A stretch of DNA of 64,000 bases, taken from contig CAOYAN010000002.1 of the NCBI GenBank assembly GCA_948562205.1, positions 42,660 to 106,659 of the forward strand, written 5' to 3'. Each line of letters starts with the position of its first letter. Position 1 is the stretch's first letter. Positions 39,376 to 49,604 of the stretch are shown in pieces. This DNA is from an uncultured Clostridia bacterium. Lineage in GTDB: Bacteria; Bacillota; Clostridia; TANB77; CAG-465. The notes under the pieces were generated by a model that worked only from the letters and a program-made list of their open reading frames with translations, was not told the origin of the DNA and searched no databases. The position numbers and the translations under genes are program-made.

Positions 39376-41155
39376 AGAAAAAAATACTAAAATAATAAAT
39401 GCACTCATACCACTTTCGGGGCTTAGCTATGAAAGTGGTATGATTAGAATTGGAGATATGTATTCAAAAGTTGGAGGAATAACAGATTATCCAACTACTC
39501 TACCACTTGGAATAAGTAGTAAATATAATAAAATTCCTTTTTCATATACAACACATATTTTTATACCTGAGAATACAGGAATATTTACTAAAGGAATAGC
39601 AAAGGGGATAAGGCAAGCAGAAATGAGAGGCTATGAAACTAAGGATGCTAGCATTGAAATACTTTCTAAAAATGAAGCAAATTCAGGACGAGAAATGATA
39701 GAAAAATTACAAGATGGAGATACAGTAGGTTATATGATTAATATGTCTATGATATTTGGGGAAACCCCTGAAGAAGTAAAAAATAGATATAGTAGATTTG
39801 AAAATCAAATAGAAGGTTTACAAATGAGATTTAGAGGAATGTCGCACTTATCAAGGCAATCTTTTAAAACATTAGCTCCTTTTTATACAATAGATCCGGA
39901 AATAGAAAATATATTTAAAAGAAATATACTATTTTCTGATTTTTGTAAATGTTTTGCATTTGCAGGAAATCAAATAACTAAAGAAGGCTATTATTTTGGT
40001 GTTGACAATATGAATGGACTATTACTACATAATTCTTGGGAGAGAAAAAATAATATTAATGGTAATATTGTTGTTATAGGGGAAAGTGGAAGTGGTAAGA
40101 CAACAGTTTGTAAGCATATATTGTTTAATGAATATCTAATAGGAACAAAATTAATAGTTATTGATCCGGAAGGAGAATATGTAGATTTTGCCAAAAAACT
40201 AAAAGGTAATGTAATAGATATTTCAGGAGGAAATGAAAATATAATTAATCCACTACAAATAAGAATACATATAGATGACAAAAATAGTATAAAAAATTCC
40301 TATGATTTTCATATACAGAAAATAAGGAATTTTTTTAATATCTTGTTACCTGAGCTTAGATATACAGAACTTAATCTATTAATTAGGGAGTTAGAAAAAA
40401 CTTATACTAAATTTAAAATAAACAGAGAAACTGATTTTACTAAATTAAGTAATGAAGAATATCCTACATTAAATGATTTATATAAGACTATAAATTATAG
40501 CTTTAATAAAATTGATAAAAATGATAACTATTATTTAATGTATATAGTGATATTAGATTTTGTAAAAGAGCTTACAAGTGGGATATACTCAAAAATGTTT
40601 AATAATCATACAAATGTTAATTTGGATAATGATATAACAGTTTTTAATGTATCAGGGGTACAAAATGTTGAAGACAATATAAAAAAGGCTTTATATTATA
40701 ACTTACTTAATTTTTGTTGGGAGCAAATAACTAATAATAAAAAGAAAAATGAAAATACATTTTTAATATTAGATGAAGCACATTTAATGCTAGATAGTAG
40801 AATCAAGGATACTATGATTACATTAAAGACTATTTCTAAAAGGTGCAGAAAGTACAATGCTAACTTAATGATTATTACTCATTCTCTTGTTGATATGCTT
40901 GATAATGAATTAAGAAAAGAGGGACAAGGAATTTTGGAAAATGCAAACTATAAAATATTACTTGGAACAGATGGGAAAAATTTAGAAGAATCAAGAAGTA
41001 TTTTTAAACTTACTGAACAAGAACTAGATATACTAGCTTCTAAAAAGAAAGGGAGTGGTATATTCATAGCAGGAAGTTTGAAGACGCCTATTAATTTTAA
41101 AATTTTAAAGTATGAGAAAGAATTTGTTTTAGGAGAAAATAATAATGGAGCTTAA
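39347..41155 (+). CDS. VirB4/TrbE-type conjugal transfer ATPase
   Basis: Walker A GESGSGKTT and Walker B FLILDEAH; ~600 aa, typical of Gram-positive VirB4 homologues (Tn916 Orf16/TcpF-like). Confidence 0.8.
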   Translation: MMFGVIMMNREKNTKIINALIPLSGLSYESGMIRIGDMYSKVGGITDYPTTLPLGISSKYNKIPFSYTTHIFIPENTGIFTKGIAKGIRQAEMRGYETKDASIEILSKNEANSGREMIEKLQDGDTVGYMINMSMIFGETPEEVKNRYSRFENQIEGLQMRFRGMSHLSRQSFKTLAPFYTIDPEIENIFKRNILFSDFCKCFAFAGNQITKEGYYFGVDNMNGLLLHNSWERKNNINGNIVVIGESGSGKTTVCKHILFNEYLIGTKLIVIDPEGEYVDFAKKLKGNVIDISGGNENIINPLQIRIHIDDKNSIKNSYDFHIQKIRNFFNILLPELRYTELNLLIRELEKTYTKFKINRETDFTKLSNEEYPTLNDLYKTINYSFNKIDKNDNYYLMYIVILDFVKELTSGIYSKMFNNHTNVNLDNDITVFNVSGVQNVEDNIKKALYYNLLNFCWEQITNNKKKNENTFLILDEAHLMLDSRIKDTMITLKTISKRCRKYNANLMIITHSLVDMLDNELRKEGQGILENANYKILLGTDGKNLEESRSIFKLTEQELDILASKKKGSGIFIAGSLKTPINFKILKYEKEFVLGENNNGA

Positions 41156-41828
41156 AGCAATCTTAGCAATATTAGAAACTTTTAAAAATGAAGAGTTAAG
41201 AAACAACATTATAATGGGTGTAACACTACTTGTTGCTATAATAATACTTATAATTTTAATTCCTATTTATATACTTTTAAATCCTATTGAAAGTATGAAA
41301 AACTTTTTTAGTGATGATGAACAAGCAATAGTTAAAAATATACAAAATGATTATGGAAGTATAAATTATGGAATGGGTAATATAACTATTAATTCTAAAT
41401 TAGGATTTCCACTTGAAAATATTGATAAGGTTGTAATTACAGCAGAATATGGAATGTACGATCCTTGGAATACAGGAAATAATACAATGCACACAGGAAT
41501 AGATTTATCAGGGATGCATAGAGATAATGTACTTGCAGTAGAAAAAGGAGAAGTAGTATTTGCAGGAGTACAAAGTGGATATGGAAATTGTGTAGAGTTG
41601 AAACATGATATTGATGGAATAGAAATATATACATTTTATGCTCATTTAAGTAGTATAGGCGTTTGCGAAGGACAATTAGTTGAACAAGGTTATATTATAG
41701 GAAAAGAGGGTGGAGATCCTTATACAGATCAAAATGCTGGTAATAGTACAGGACACCATTTGCATTTTGAAGTAAGAACAAGTAAAGATTATGGTAATGA
41801 TGTTAATCCATATGGATTTATATTTTAG
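41145..41828 (+). CDS. M23-family peptidoglycan metalloendopeptidase (conjugation cell-wall hydrolase)
   Basis: N-terminal TM; HTGIDL...and HHLHFEV zinc-ligand motifs of LytM/M23. Confidence 0.7.
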   Translation: MELKAILAILETFKNEELRNNIIMGVTLLVAIIILIILIPIYILLNPIESMKNFFSDDEQAIVKNIQNDYGSINYGMGNITINSKLGFPLENIDKVVITAEYGMYDPWNTGNNTMHTGIDLSGMHRDNVLAVEKGEVVFAGVQSGYGNCVELKHDIDGIEIYTFYAHLSSIGVCEGQLVEQGYIIGKEGGDPYTDQNAGNSTGHHLHFEVRTSKDYGNDVNPYGFIF

Positions 41829-41847
41829 TTAGAGGGGGAGATTTAAT

Positions 41848-42207
41848 TTGAATAATAATATGCAATATAAAATAAATAATTATTTTAAAAAAATATATGG
41901 AAATGAAAGAATGATCGTTGAAAATCAAGACGAGAAAATAGGAAGCGCAGGAAAAATATTAGAGTGTTTAAAAGAAGAGATAAATTCAGTATATAAATTA
42001 GATGAAACAGATAAAAAATATTATCTTGAAAGGTATAATGAAATTATAAAAGAAATAAAAACTAAACGAAGAAATTCTATAATTTATATATTTATACATC
42101 CATCTACACAGTATTATGAAATTAAAAGTGAAAAAGATACATTAGATATTTTAAAAAATCAATATAAATTAAATAAAAAAGAAAATAATAAGGAGGTATG
42201 CTTATAG
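41848..42207 (+). CDS. hypothetical protein
   Basis: GGAGGG ribosome-binding site; no motif. Confidence 0.25.
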   Translation: MNNNMQYKINNYFKKIYGNERMIVENQDEKIGSAGKILECLKEEINSVYKLDETDKKYYLERYNEIIKEIKTKRRNSIIYIFIHPSTQYYEIKSEKDTLDILKNQYKLNKKENNKEVCL

Positions 42208-42752
42208 TAGTAGATATATATAATACAGATAAAAAGTATAGTATTGTTTATGCAGATCCACCTTGGAAATACAAAACCTGGAGAAAAGATATAGGAACAG
42301 CAGAAAAACATTATCCTACTATGGATATTGAAAGTATAGTAAATATGAAGGATACAATCAAAAAAATTTCAAATAACGATTGTATTCTTTTTTTATGGAT
42401 AACTTTTCCTTGCTTATTAGAAGGATTACAAACTATGAAAGAATGGGGATTTAAGTATAAGACTTGCGGTTTTAATTGGATTAAGAGAAACAAGAAAAGT
42501 AATACTTGGTTTTTTGGAATGGGGTATTGGACTAGAGCAAACTCAGAGATATGTTTAATTGGTACGAAAGGTTCTATAAAGCGAAAGTCAAAAAAAGTAT
42601 TTCAAATTGTAGATACTCCAGTTGAAGAGCATAGCAAAAAGCCAGATATAGTGAGAGATAGGATAGTAGAATTAATAGGAGATTTACCACGTATTGAGCT
42701 TTTTGCAAGACAAATGGTTGATGGTTGGGATTGTTGGGGAAATGAAGTTTAA
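42198..42752 (+). CDS. MT-A70-family N6-adenine DNA methyltransferase (orphan)
   Basis: YSIVYADPPWKYKTW (DPPW catalytic motif); no adjacent restriction gene. Confidence 0.75.
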   Translation: MLIVVDIYNTDKKYSIVYADPPWKYKTWRKDIGTAEKHYPTMDIESIVNMKDTIKKISNNDCILFLWITFPCLLEGLQTMKEWGFKYKTCGFNWIKRNKKSNTWFFGMGYWTRANSEICLIGTKGSIKRKSKKVFQIVDTPVEEHSKKPDIVRDRIVELIGDLPRIELFARQMVDGWDCWGNEV

Positions 42753-42763
42753 GGAGAATAAGT

Positions 42764-43423
42764 ATGACTTTTATAATTACAAATAATAAATATACAAAAG
42801 ATATGGTATGCAAGTATATAAATATGAAAAGGTGTGTTATAGAAAGTATAGAGAATTCTTTTAGTGAGTATATAGATAAAAATTTTATGAGTAAGAATTT
42901 AGAACAGTTTGATAAAATAGTTATAGATATAACATACTTTAAAGATACAAAAGAAGAAATTTTAAAAGCAATAACTAGAGTAAAAATCATATATGATATA
43001 CAAATAATTATAATAGATTTAAATTTTAAAATTGGAAATGAATTATTATCAGATTTATTTGAAATAGGAATATATGATTTTATTACATCTGAAGATAAAT
43101 CAGATCAAAACGAAGAATGGATAAAATGTTTAAATGGAAATAATTATGTTGATGCAGTTAAATTTAAAATTAGTAAAAATGACAAGAAAAAAAAGCTAAA
43201 AAAAATAAGTAGACACAAATTAAAAAAGAATTTAAAAGAAAATTATAGAAAGGATAGTAAAAATATAATATCCTGTTTTTTTGGGTTAAAAAATAGAATA
43301 TCTGATGTTTTTACATTTGTATGGTATATTATTATAACTATACTTGTAAGCATAGGAGCAACTGCACTTTTAAATTCTAATATAAGACAAATTATTCTTC
43401 AAATTATACGAGGAGGAAATTAA
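42764..43423 (+). CDS. hypothetical protein with C-terminal TM segment
   Basis: Lys-rich; C-terminal hydrophobic segment FTFVWYIIITILVSIGATALL. Confidence 0.25.
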   Translation: MTFIITNNKYTKDMVCKYINMKRCVIESIENSFSEYIDKNFMSKNLEQFDKIVIDITYFKDTKEEILKAITRVKIIYDIQIIIIDLNFKIGNELLSDLFEIGIYDFITSEDKSDQNEEWIKCLNGNNYVDAVKFKISKNDKKKKLKKISRHKLKKNLKENYRKDSKNIISCFFGLKNRISDVFTFVWYIIITILVSIGATALLNSNIRQIILQIIRGGN

Positions 43424-43424
43424 A

Positions 43425-44453
43425 ATGAAAAAGATATTTATATTGTTTACACTTTACTTAGTATTATGTAAAGACATATATGCAAGTGAAGTAAGAAATA
43501 TAAAAAAAGATAATAATAATCTTAGCTTTGAATATGAAGTAAATAAAGAAGAAAAAGATTTATTTATAAAAGATTTAGAAAAAGAGATTAATTATGAAGA
43601 CAAAAGTTATAAATTAGTAGATTATAATGTAGAGGATCAAAATTATTCTGATACTATTGAGATAAATGATATTAAAGAAATTACAACTAATTCTAATACC
43701 TTGGAAAAAATATTAGATGTTTTACCTAAAACAATAAGTTATGAAAAAGATGGATATGTAGGTAAAAATGAGTTAGATTATGAAAGCATAGAAGTAACAG
43801 AAATTTATAATGGATATTATGAAGAATTTATAGATGAAATAAAACAATATTTTGACCTTACTAGAAACGATATAGATTTTATACCAAAAGAAATAGAAAA
43901 AGATAATCATACATTATACTTAATTAATGTAGATTGGTATAAACAAACAACGAAGAATATAGGAGATTTTGTAATACCTGATTTATATAGAGGAGAAGCT
44001 TTATATAGAGGAGTTAAAAGAATATATAACCCCTATACATATAAAGTTATAGCTAAGTATAATGGAACAGCAAAAAAAGAAATAATAAAACCTGATTTAA
44101 TAAAAGTAAATTATGAAGAAATGATATCTGAGGTAGAACAAGTTGAAAATAACAAAAATGCATTACCAATAACTGTTGCAACTGCAAGCTCAATATTCTT
44201 TGTATTACTTTTATTTCGTTTAAGGAATAAAGTAAAAGTATATAGTAATGGTAAATATGTAGGAAGTTATAGAATAAAAAATAATGAAATTGATATTACT
44301 AATTTAATAAATAAAACAGATAATTCTACTTATATATTTAAGTTAAATAAAATTTTGTATAAAAGGTACAAATATAAAAGTATAAGAATTGTGAAAGGAA
44401 TTTTGAGTAAATATTGTCAAGTTAAAAGTGATAGTATTGAAGTAAAATTTTAA
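43425..44453 (+). CDS. secreted hypothetical protein
   Basis: Signal peptide MKKIFILFTLYLVLCKDIYA; a C-terminal hydrophobic segment. Confidence 0.3.
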   Translation: MKKIFILFTLYLVLCKDIYASEVRNIKKDNNNLSFEYEVNKEEKDLFIKDLEKEINYEDKSYKLVDYNVEDQNYSDTIEINDIKEITTNSNTLEKILDVLPKTISYEKDGYVGKNELDYESIEVTEIYNGYYEEFIDEIKQYFDLTRNDIDFIPKEIEKDNHTLYLINVDWYKQTTKNIGDFVIPDLYRGEALYRGVKRIYNPYTYKVIAKYNGTAKKEIIKPDLIKVNYEEMISEVEQVENNKNALPITVATASSIFFVLLLFRLRNKVKVYSNGKYVGSYRIKNNEIDITNLINKTDNSTYIFKLNKILYKRYKYKSIRIVKGILSKYCQVKSDSIEVKF

Positions 44454-44463
44454 GGTAAATGTT

Positions 44464-45009
44464 ATGAAGAAAAAATTAATAATTTTTTATAGTATTGTAC
44501 TACTTGTTGTATTATTTAGTAGTATATTTATATTTATTAGAAAAAATAAAAATAGAAATGAAAATGAGAATATTATAATAGATGATACAATAAATGAAAA
44601 CATAGAACAGGAAGAAATTATAGATGATTCTATGATAGGTACATTAACAATACCTAAAATAAATCTTATAGATGTAGAAATTCGCGAAACTGTTGAGCTT
44701 GAAACATTATCACATTCAATAGGACATTTTGAAAGTACAAACATATATAATGGGAATATAGGGCTTGCAAGTCATAATGCAGGAACAAAGGCAAATTATT
44801 TTGCTGATATAAATAAATTGGAGCTAGAAGATGAAATCTATTATAAAACTAAGTATGGAACAAAAAAGTATATAGTAGATAATATAACACAAATAGATAG
44901 TTATGACTGGAGTAAATTGGAACAAACAGAAGATAATAGAATCACACTTATAACTTGTATATCAAGTAATCCAAATATGAGATTATGTGTGCAAGGAGTA
45001 GAAAAATAA
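44464..45009 (+). CDS. sortase (transpeptidase) encoded by the element
   Basis: N-terminal TM; TLTIPKINL...LASHN (His)...ITLITC (active-site Cys)...R. Confidence 0.7.
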   Translation: MKKKLIIFYSIVLLVVLFSSIFIFIRKNKNRNENENIIIDDTINENIEQEEIIDDSMIGTLTIPKINLIDVEIRETVELETLSHSIGHFESTNIYNGNIGLASHNAGTKANYFADINKLELEDEIYYKTKYGTKKYIVDNITQIDSYDWSKLEQTEDNRITLITCISSNPNMRLCVQGVEK

Positions 45010-45067
45010 AAGGGGATTGACTTATAAAATTAAATTTTTATATAATTATATATAAGGATGTGATTTT

Positions 45068-45703
45068 ATGATTTTAAAAAGGATACTTATAGTTTTAGCA
45101 GTTGTAGTTATAACTTGTATAATAAGCACAGGATTACTTTTGATAGGTAATATGCCAATTGACATTTATACAAAAGTTAATACTAATATAAAAGATTTTG
45201 AAAATAAAAATATTGAAAAAGAAGTAGTAGCTATTTTAGAAACAAATGAAAATATGATAGAAAATAATGTATCTGAAATAGAACAAGCTAAAAATATAAA
45301 TAGTTATTATCAGAATGTTAGTAATAGTGTAAGTAATGAAGAAAGAATGATAAATAATAATGTTAGTCAGTCTAAAGAGAATTTAGTCGAAAATAAAGAT
45401 ACACAAGAAGAGTATAAGAAAGATGAATATACATTTGTCAAAAATGATAGAGAGATTCAAAATATGATTTCTATAACTAAAAGATTAATTATAGAAAATA
45501 AAGAAAATAGATATTCAGGTTTGGTGGATAATGTGAATAACATTAATTTTGTTATAGAAAAATCGGGAAATGTATTTTATCCTCTGTATGAATACCGAAT
45601 AGCAAATATAGTAATGGATAACAATTATCCTGAGTTTTATGTTTATGCAGAAGATGTATATAAAAATGGAGAATATTTGATAACTGAATATTATTTTCAA
45701 TAG
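45068..45703 (+). CDS. hypothetical membrane-anchored protein
   Basis: N-terminal TM; Asn/Glu-rich. Confidence 0.25.
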   Translation: MILKRILIVLAVVVITCIISTGLLLIGNMPIDIYTKVNTNIKDFENKNIEKEVVAILETNENMIENNVSEIEQAKNINSYYQNVSNSVSNEERMINNNVSQSKENLVENKDTQEEYKKDEYTFVKNDREIQNMISITKRLIIENKENRYSGLVDNVNNINFVIEKSGNVFYPLYEYRIANIVMDNNYPEFYVYAEDVYKNGEYLITEYYFQ

Positions 45704-45763
45704 AAATTTAAGTGGGTAAATGGAAACATTTACTCACTTGTGTTATATAGGGAGGAAATAGAA

Positions 45764-47809
45764 ATGAAAAATATAATAAAATTTACTTTTATATTTATGA
45801 TGTTATTTATAATAAGTATAGTAACAAGTATTATAAGAGCTGAAACTTATAATGTGAATGATAAAATAGATTTAGGACAATACAATATGTATTATAGACA
45901 AGGTGGCACATATGTAAATTATTGTGGACGACCACAGCCTAATTTTATGTATTTCTATAAAGATTATAATAATGTTGAACATAAAGCTTTCTGTTTAAAT
46001 TTAGGTCTAAGTGGTGCAGAAAATGGAGAATATTTAGTTGATGTGAATCAAATAATATCAGATCCTAAAGTAGCAAGTATACTTATTTCAGGAAGTCCAT
46101 ATAAAACTCTTTCAGAGTTAGGCTTAAATGATGAAGATGAGGCAAGTTTTGCTACTCAATTTGCATTATGGATATATCAAAATAATTTAGATATAAATGC
46201 TATAACTCCTTGCTCGCCAAATAATCAAAATGTAGTTGAGGCTATCAAAAAAATTTACTATGATGGAATGAATATGAATTATACATCAGAGGCAATTTTA
46301 GGAGTAGATAAAGTTGGAAAAGCTGATATTGATAATGTCGATAGAGAATATTATTCTCAAAGGTATAACATATCTCATAATGGTAATATAAAAAATATAA
46401 GTTTATCTTTGATGGGTGTAGATAATTTAAAAGTAACAGATATAAATAATAATGAAATATCAAATATAAATAATGTTAATGAATTTAAAATTTTAATACC
46501 TAGAACTAGTATTGATGAAAATAAGAATATAAAATTAAATTTTAGGACACAAGCTAATCAAACTTCTGTAATGTTTGGAGCAACTACAAAGAATGGATTT
46601 CAAGATGTGGGACTTTTGCTTGATCCAGTAAATTTTAGAACAGTACAAAGTAATTTTGATGTGGAATATAAAACTATGAATATAACATTAAATAAAATTG
46701 ATAAAGATACCAAAGAAGGAATTAAAGGTGTTACTTTTAAATTTGAAACACTAGATGGAAAAGAATTAGGAAAATATATTACAGGAGAAAACGGAATAAT
46801 ACAACTTGATGTACAAAGAGATTTAAAACTATTTAAAGAACAAAAAATCAAAGTAACAGAAATTGAAGTACCTGATAACTATTATATTGATGAAGAAAAT
46901 TGTAGTCAGATAATAGATATAAAATGGGGAGAAAATACAACTATTGAATTTCAAAATGAAAAAATAAAGGGCAATATTAAAGTTGTAAAACTAAGCTCAG
47001 AGGATAATAAATATACTAACTTATTAAAAAGATCCCCTTTAAAAGATGTTGAATTTGAAATACTTGATGTAAATGGTAAAGTTTTAGATAAAATAAAAAC
47101 AAATGAAGAGGGAATTGCAGTTACAAAAGATTTATTAAAAGGAAAATATTATATAAAAGAAATAAAACAAGCAAAATATTATTTACTAAATAAAAAAATA
47201 TATGAAGTTGAAATAGTAAATCATAAAGATTTAATAGAACAAGAGATATTAAATGATAGTGTTGATATAGATATTGAAATAGAGAAAAAAGGATTTATAG
47301 AAACACAAAATAAAGATAATATATACTATAATTTTAAAAATATACATAATAAGTCTAATGTATCTTTAGATAATTTCACTTGGAATGACATATTGCCAAC
47401 AGATGCTGTGCGATTAGATAAAATTTATACAGGTACTTGGAATGAAAAACTAAAATATAGTGTTTGGTATAAAACAAATAAAAGTGATTTTATAATGTAT
47501 ATAGATAAGTTAGATTCAGAAAAAGTATATGAATTAGATTTTAACAATTTGGAATTAAAAGAAGATGAGTATATAACAGAATTTGAATTTAGATTTGGTA
47601 CAGTACAAAGTGATTTTATGGAAGTAGAAAGTCCTATTGTATATGTAAATGTATTAAATGATTTGAAAAATGGTTTTACATTTACTAATAATACAAGAGT
47701 ATCAGGAAACTATTTAGATGAATATATTGAAGATAAAGATAAATGGACTACTATTATATATAATAAAAGAATAAGTAAGAACAAAGAGTTGCCAAAAACG
47801 GGAAAATAG
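45764..47809 (+). CDS. surface adhesin with N-terminal thioester (TQxA/TED) domain, Ig-like (CnaB/SpaA-type) domains and C-terminal LPKTG motif lacking the usual hydrophobic anchor
   Basis: Signal peptide; Cys in AFCLNLG and ATQFALW (the TQxA(I/L)W thioester signature); repeated ...TEIEVPDNYYIDEE.../...KGKYYIKEIKQAKYY... Ig-like domain sequence; ends ...KELPKTGK followed by stop. AGGGAGG ribosome-binding site before ATG 45764. Confidence 0.6.
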   Translation: MKNIIKFTFIFMMLFIISIVTSIIRAETYNVNDKIDLGQYNMYYRQGGTYVNYCGRPQPNFMYFYKDYNNVEHKAFCLNLGLSGAENGEYLVDVNQIISDPKVASILISGSPYKTLSELGLNDEDEASFATQFALWIYQNNLDINAITPCSPNNQNVVEAIKKIYYDGMNMNYTSEAILGVDKVGKADIDNVDREYYSQRYNISHNGNIKNISLSLMGVDNLKVTDINNNEISNINNVNEFKILIPRTSIDENKNIKLNFRTQANQTSVMFGATTKNGFQDVGLLLDPVNFRTVQSNFDVEYKTMNITLNKIDKDTKEGIKGVTFKFETLDGKELGKYITGENGIIQLDVQRDLKLFKEQKIKVTEIEVPDNYYIDEENCSQIIDIKWGENTTIEFQNEKIKGNIKVVKLSSEDNKYTNLLKRSPLKDVEFEILDVNGKVLDKIKTNEEGIAVTKDLLKGKYYIKEIKQAKYYLLNKKIYEVEIVNHKDLIEQEILNDSVDIDIEIEKKGFIETQNKDNIYYNFKNIHNKSNVSLDNFTWNDILPTDAVRLDKIYTGTWNEKLKYSVWYKTNKSDFIMYIDKLDSEKVYELDFNNLELKEDEYITEFEFRFGTVQSDFMEVESPIVYVNVLNDLKNGFTFTNNTRVSGNYLDEYIEDKDKWTTIIYNKRISKNKELPKTGK

Positions 47810-47843
47810 ATATATAAATAAAATCAAGATATTATAGGAAAAT

Positions 47844-47884
47844 AAAGATGACTTAATCTGATCATGAATTAAGTCATCTTTTTA
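47844..47884. terminator. bidirectional rho-independent terminator hairpin (AAGATGACTTAAT...ATTAAGTCATCTT + T-tract) between convergent genes
   Basis: 13-bp perfect stem flanked by A- and T-tracts, lying between the adhesin gene (+) and the response-regulator gene (-). Confidence 0.55.
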
Positions 47885-47931
47885 ACTAAGCATTATGAAT
47901 ATGATACGTAAACTTAAAATAAAAATATATA

Positions 47932-48639
47932 TTATTTAGAATAGTATATGTTTAATATTCCATTCAAAAATGTCTTAGGCGATGGATATTTGCTATATGA
48001 AAAATATTTATCGAAAATTTTATCATCAGTACTTTTATTCATTACTTGAATAGCTTTTGCAATATCCCATGAAATGTTAGAATATGATATGTTACTATAT
48101 TTATTTGAAATCTGATTATATAATTCATTTATATGTGTAATAAATGTAATTTTTTTTTCTATACAATAATTTAAACAATCTATAATGTATGTATATCCAA
48201 TAGAGTTTTTATTAAAGTTAAAGTTATTTAGTAAATTAATAATTTTTGTGTAGTCTATATTTTGTGTTTCTGCATAAACTATCTCATTTAATATGGAGAT
48301 TAAATTTTCTAATTTAAAAGGCTTTACAAAAGTTTTATATACTTTCAAATTTTTTTTAATTAATTCGACTATAAAATCAGAATCACCAGACATTGCTATA
48401 ACATAATTTTTTATATTATTCTTTTGCATTTTTTCAAGTATTTCTATTCCATTTAGTTTTGGAATATTTAGATCTAATAAAATAATATCAATTCTATTAT
48501 TCATAATGTAATTTAGAGCTTTTTCTCCGTCATTGCAGATAGCTATTATTCTTAATTTTTGGGATAATTGAATATTTAATTCATTAAAAAGTGATTCGAG
48601 ATAATTATAATTATCATCGACTATTAGAATATTTAGCAT
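47932..48639 (-). CDS. orphan response regulator: receiver domain + Spo0A C-terminal-like DNA-binding domain
   Basis: Receiver: ILIVDDN...D54-like in DIILLDLNIPKLNG...K in VIAMSGD. C-terminal ...IGYTYIIDCLNY...ISWDIAKAIQVMNKS...KPSPKTFLNGI aligns with the Spo0A_C signature (IKGYLYLREAI...RVERAIRHAIEVA...KPTNSEFIA). Confidence 0.5.
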   Translation of the reverse strand: MLNILIVDDNYNYLESLFNELNIQLSQKLRIIAICNDGEKALNYIMNNRIDIILLDLNIPKLNGIEILEKMQKNNIKNYVIAMSGDSDFIVELIKKNLKVYKTFVKPFKLENLISILNEIVYAETQNIDYTKIINLLNNFNFNKNSIGYTYIIDCLNYCIEKKITFITHINELYNQISNKYSNISYSNISWDIAKAIQVMNKSTDDKIFDKYFSYSKYPSPKTFLNGILNIYYSK

Positions 48640-48969
48640 ATAGTACCTCCTTTTTTATTTATGAAAAAATTAAAAAATAAATATTGAAATTAGTAATGGA
48701 ATTTCATTTTAATAGTATTAGTAGAAACTATAAATAAATTTTCAATAGGACGTTATATTTTTATAACTAGTGATAAATATCTTTTAGTTAAACTAACAAT
48801 TTATAATTATATATTACTTTTTAATATATATCAAGAAAATTGAAAAAATATCAGATAAAATAGGGAAATACAATGAAACTTATTTAATGTAAGGAAATAT
48901 TTATTTAAATTTAAAAATGGCTTGTAAAAAATATTTTTATATTATAAAATAAAAGAAAGGAGGGAAAAT

Positions 48970-49347
48970 ATGAGAAAAAAAATTATATTAACAATATCAT
49001 TTATTGTTACCATTTTACCTATGTTATTAAATTGGTTTGGCACTATTGATGGTAAATTTTTAATTAGTGGTACAGAAGTATTATTTAATCCAATTATAGT
49101 TATTTCAATAATTGTGTATTTTTTATTTGTTTGGTATAAAAGTGATATTAAATTATGTAAAATATTACCTATAATATCACTTTTTATTATATTTATATAT
49201 GAAATATATGAGTATTTTAATTATATGATTGTAAATATAGATGCTCAGAGAGTAGTATATTTAGGATATTTCATTAGTGTAATATTTATTGCTTTAATGA
49301 TTACTCTTTATATAAAAATAAATAAAAAAGATATTAAAATAAGTTAA
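48970..49347 (+). CDS. small polytopic membrane protein
   Basis: 125 aa with four TM segments. Confidence 0.25.
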   Translation: MRKKIILTISFIVTILPMLLNWFGTIDGKFLISGTEVLFNPIIVISIIVYFLFVWYKSDIKLCKILPIISLFIIFIYEIYEYFNYMIVNIDAQRVVYLGYFISVIFIALMITLYIKINKKDIKIS

Positions 49348-49604
49348 ATAATAGCTAAAATTTTGATTTTTTCAGAATTTTAGCTTTATATAGCACAATA
49401 AAATTCCATTTTTTCCCATTTTTTCTTTATTTTTCCCATTTAGTTTATTTATATGAAAATATAGTATATAATAAAAAATGTAAATATTATTTACTAACAA
49501 ATTAATATTAGTTAGGAGGAGTATGTTATGGGATAAATTAAAATTTTTTGTAGAAGTATTGGTATTTTCAAAAAGCGATTACATCATAAGGAGGAAGTTA
49601 TACC

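Noticed and set aside
49385-49445. Direct repeat TTTTTCCCATTT x2 upstream of ORF 49605 as a regulator binding site
   Set aside because: It is a short, AT/pyrimidine-rich repeat in an AT-rich intergenic region. There is no partner palindrome or conservation to support a specific operator call.
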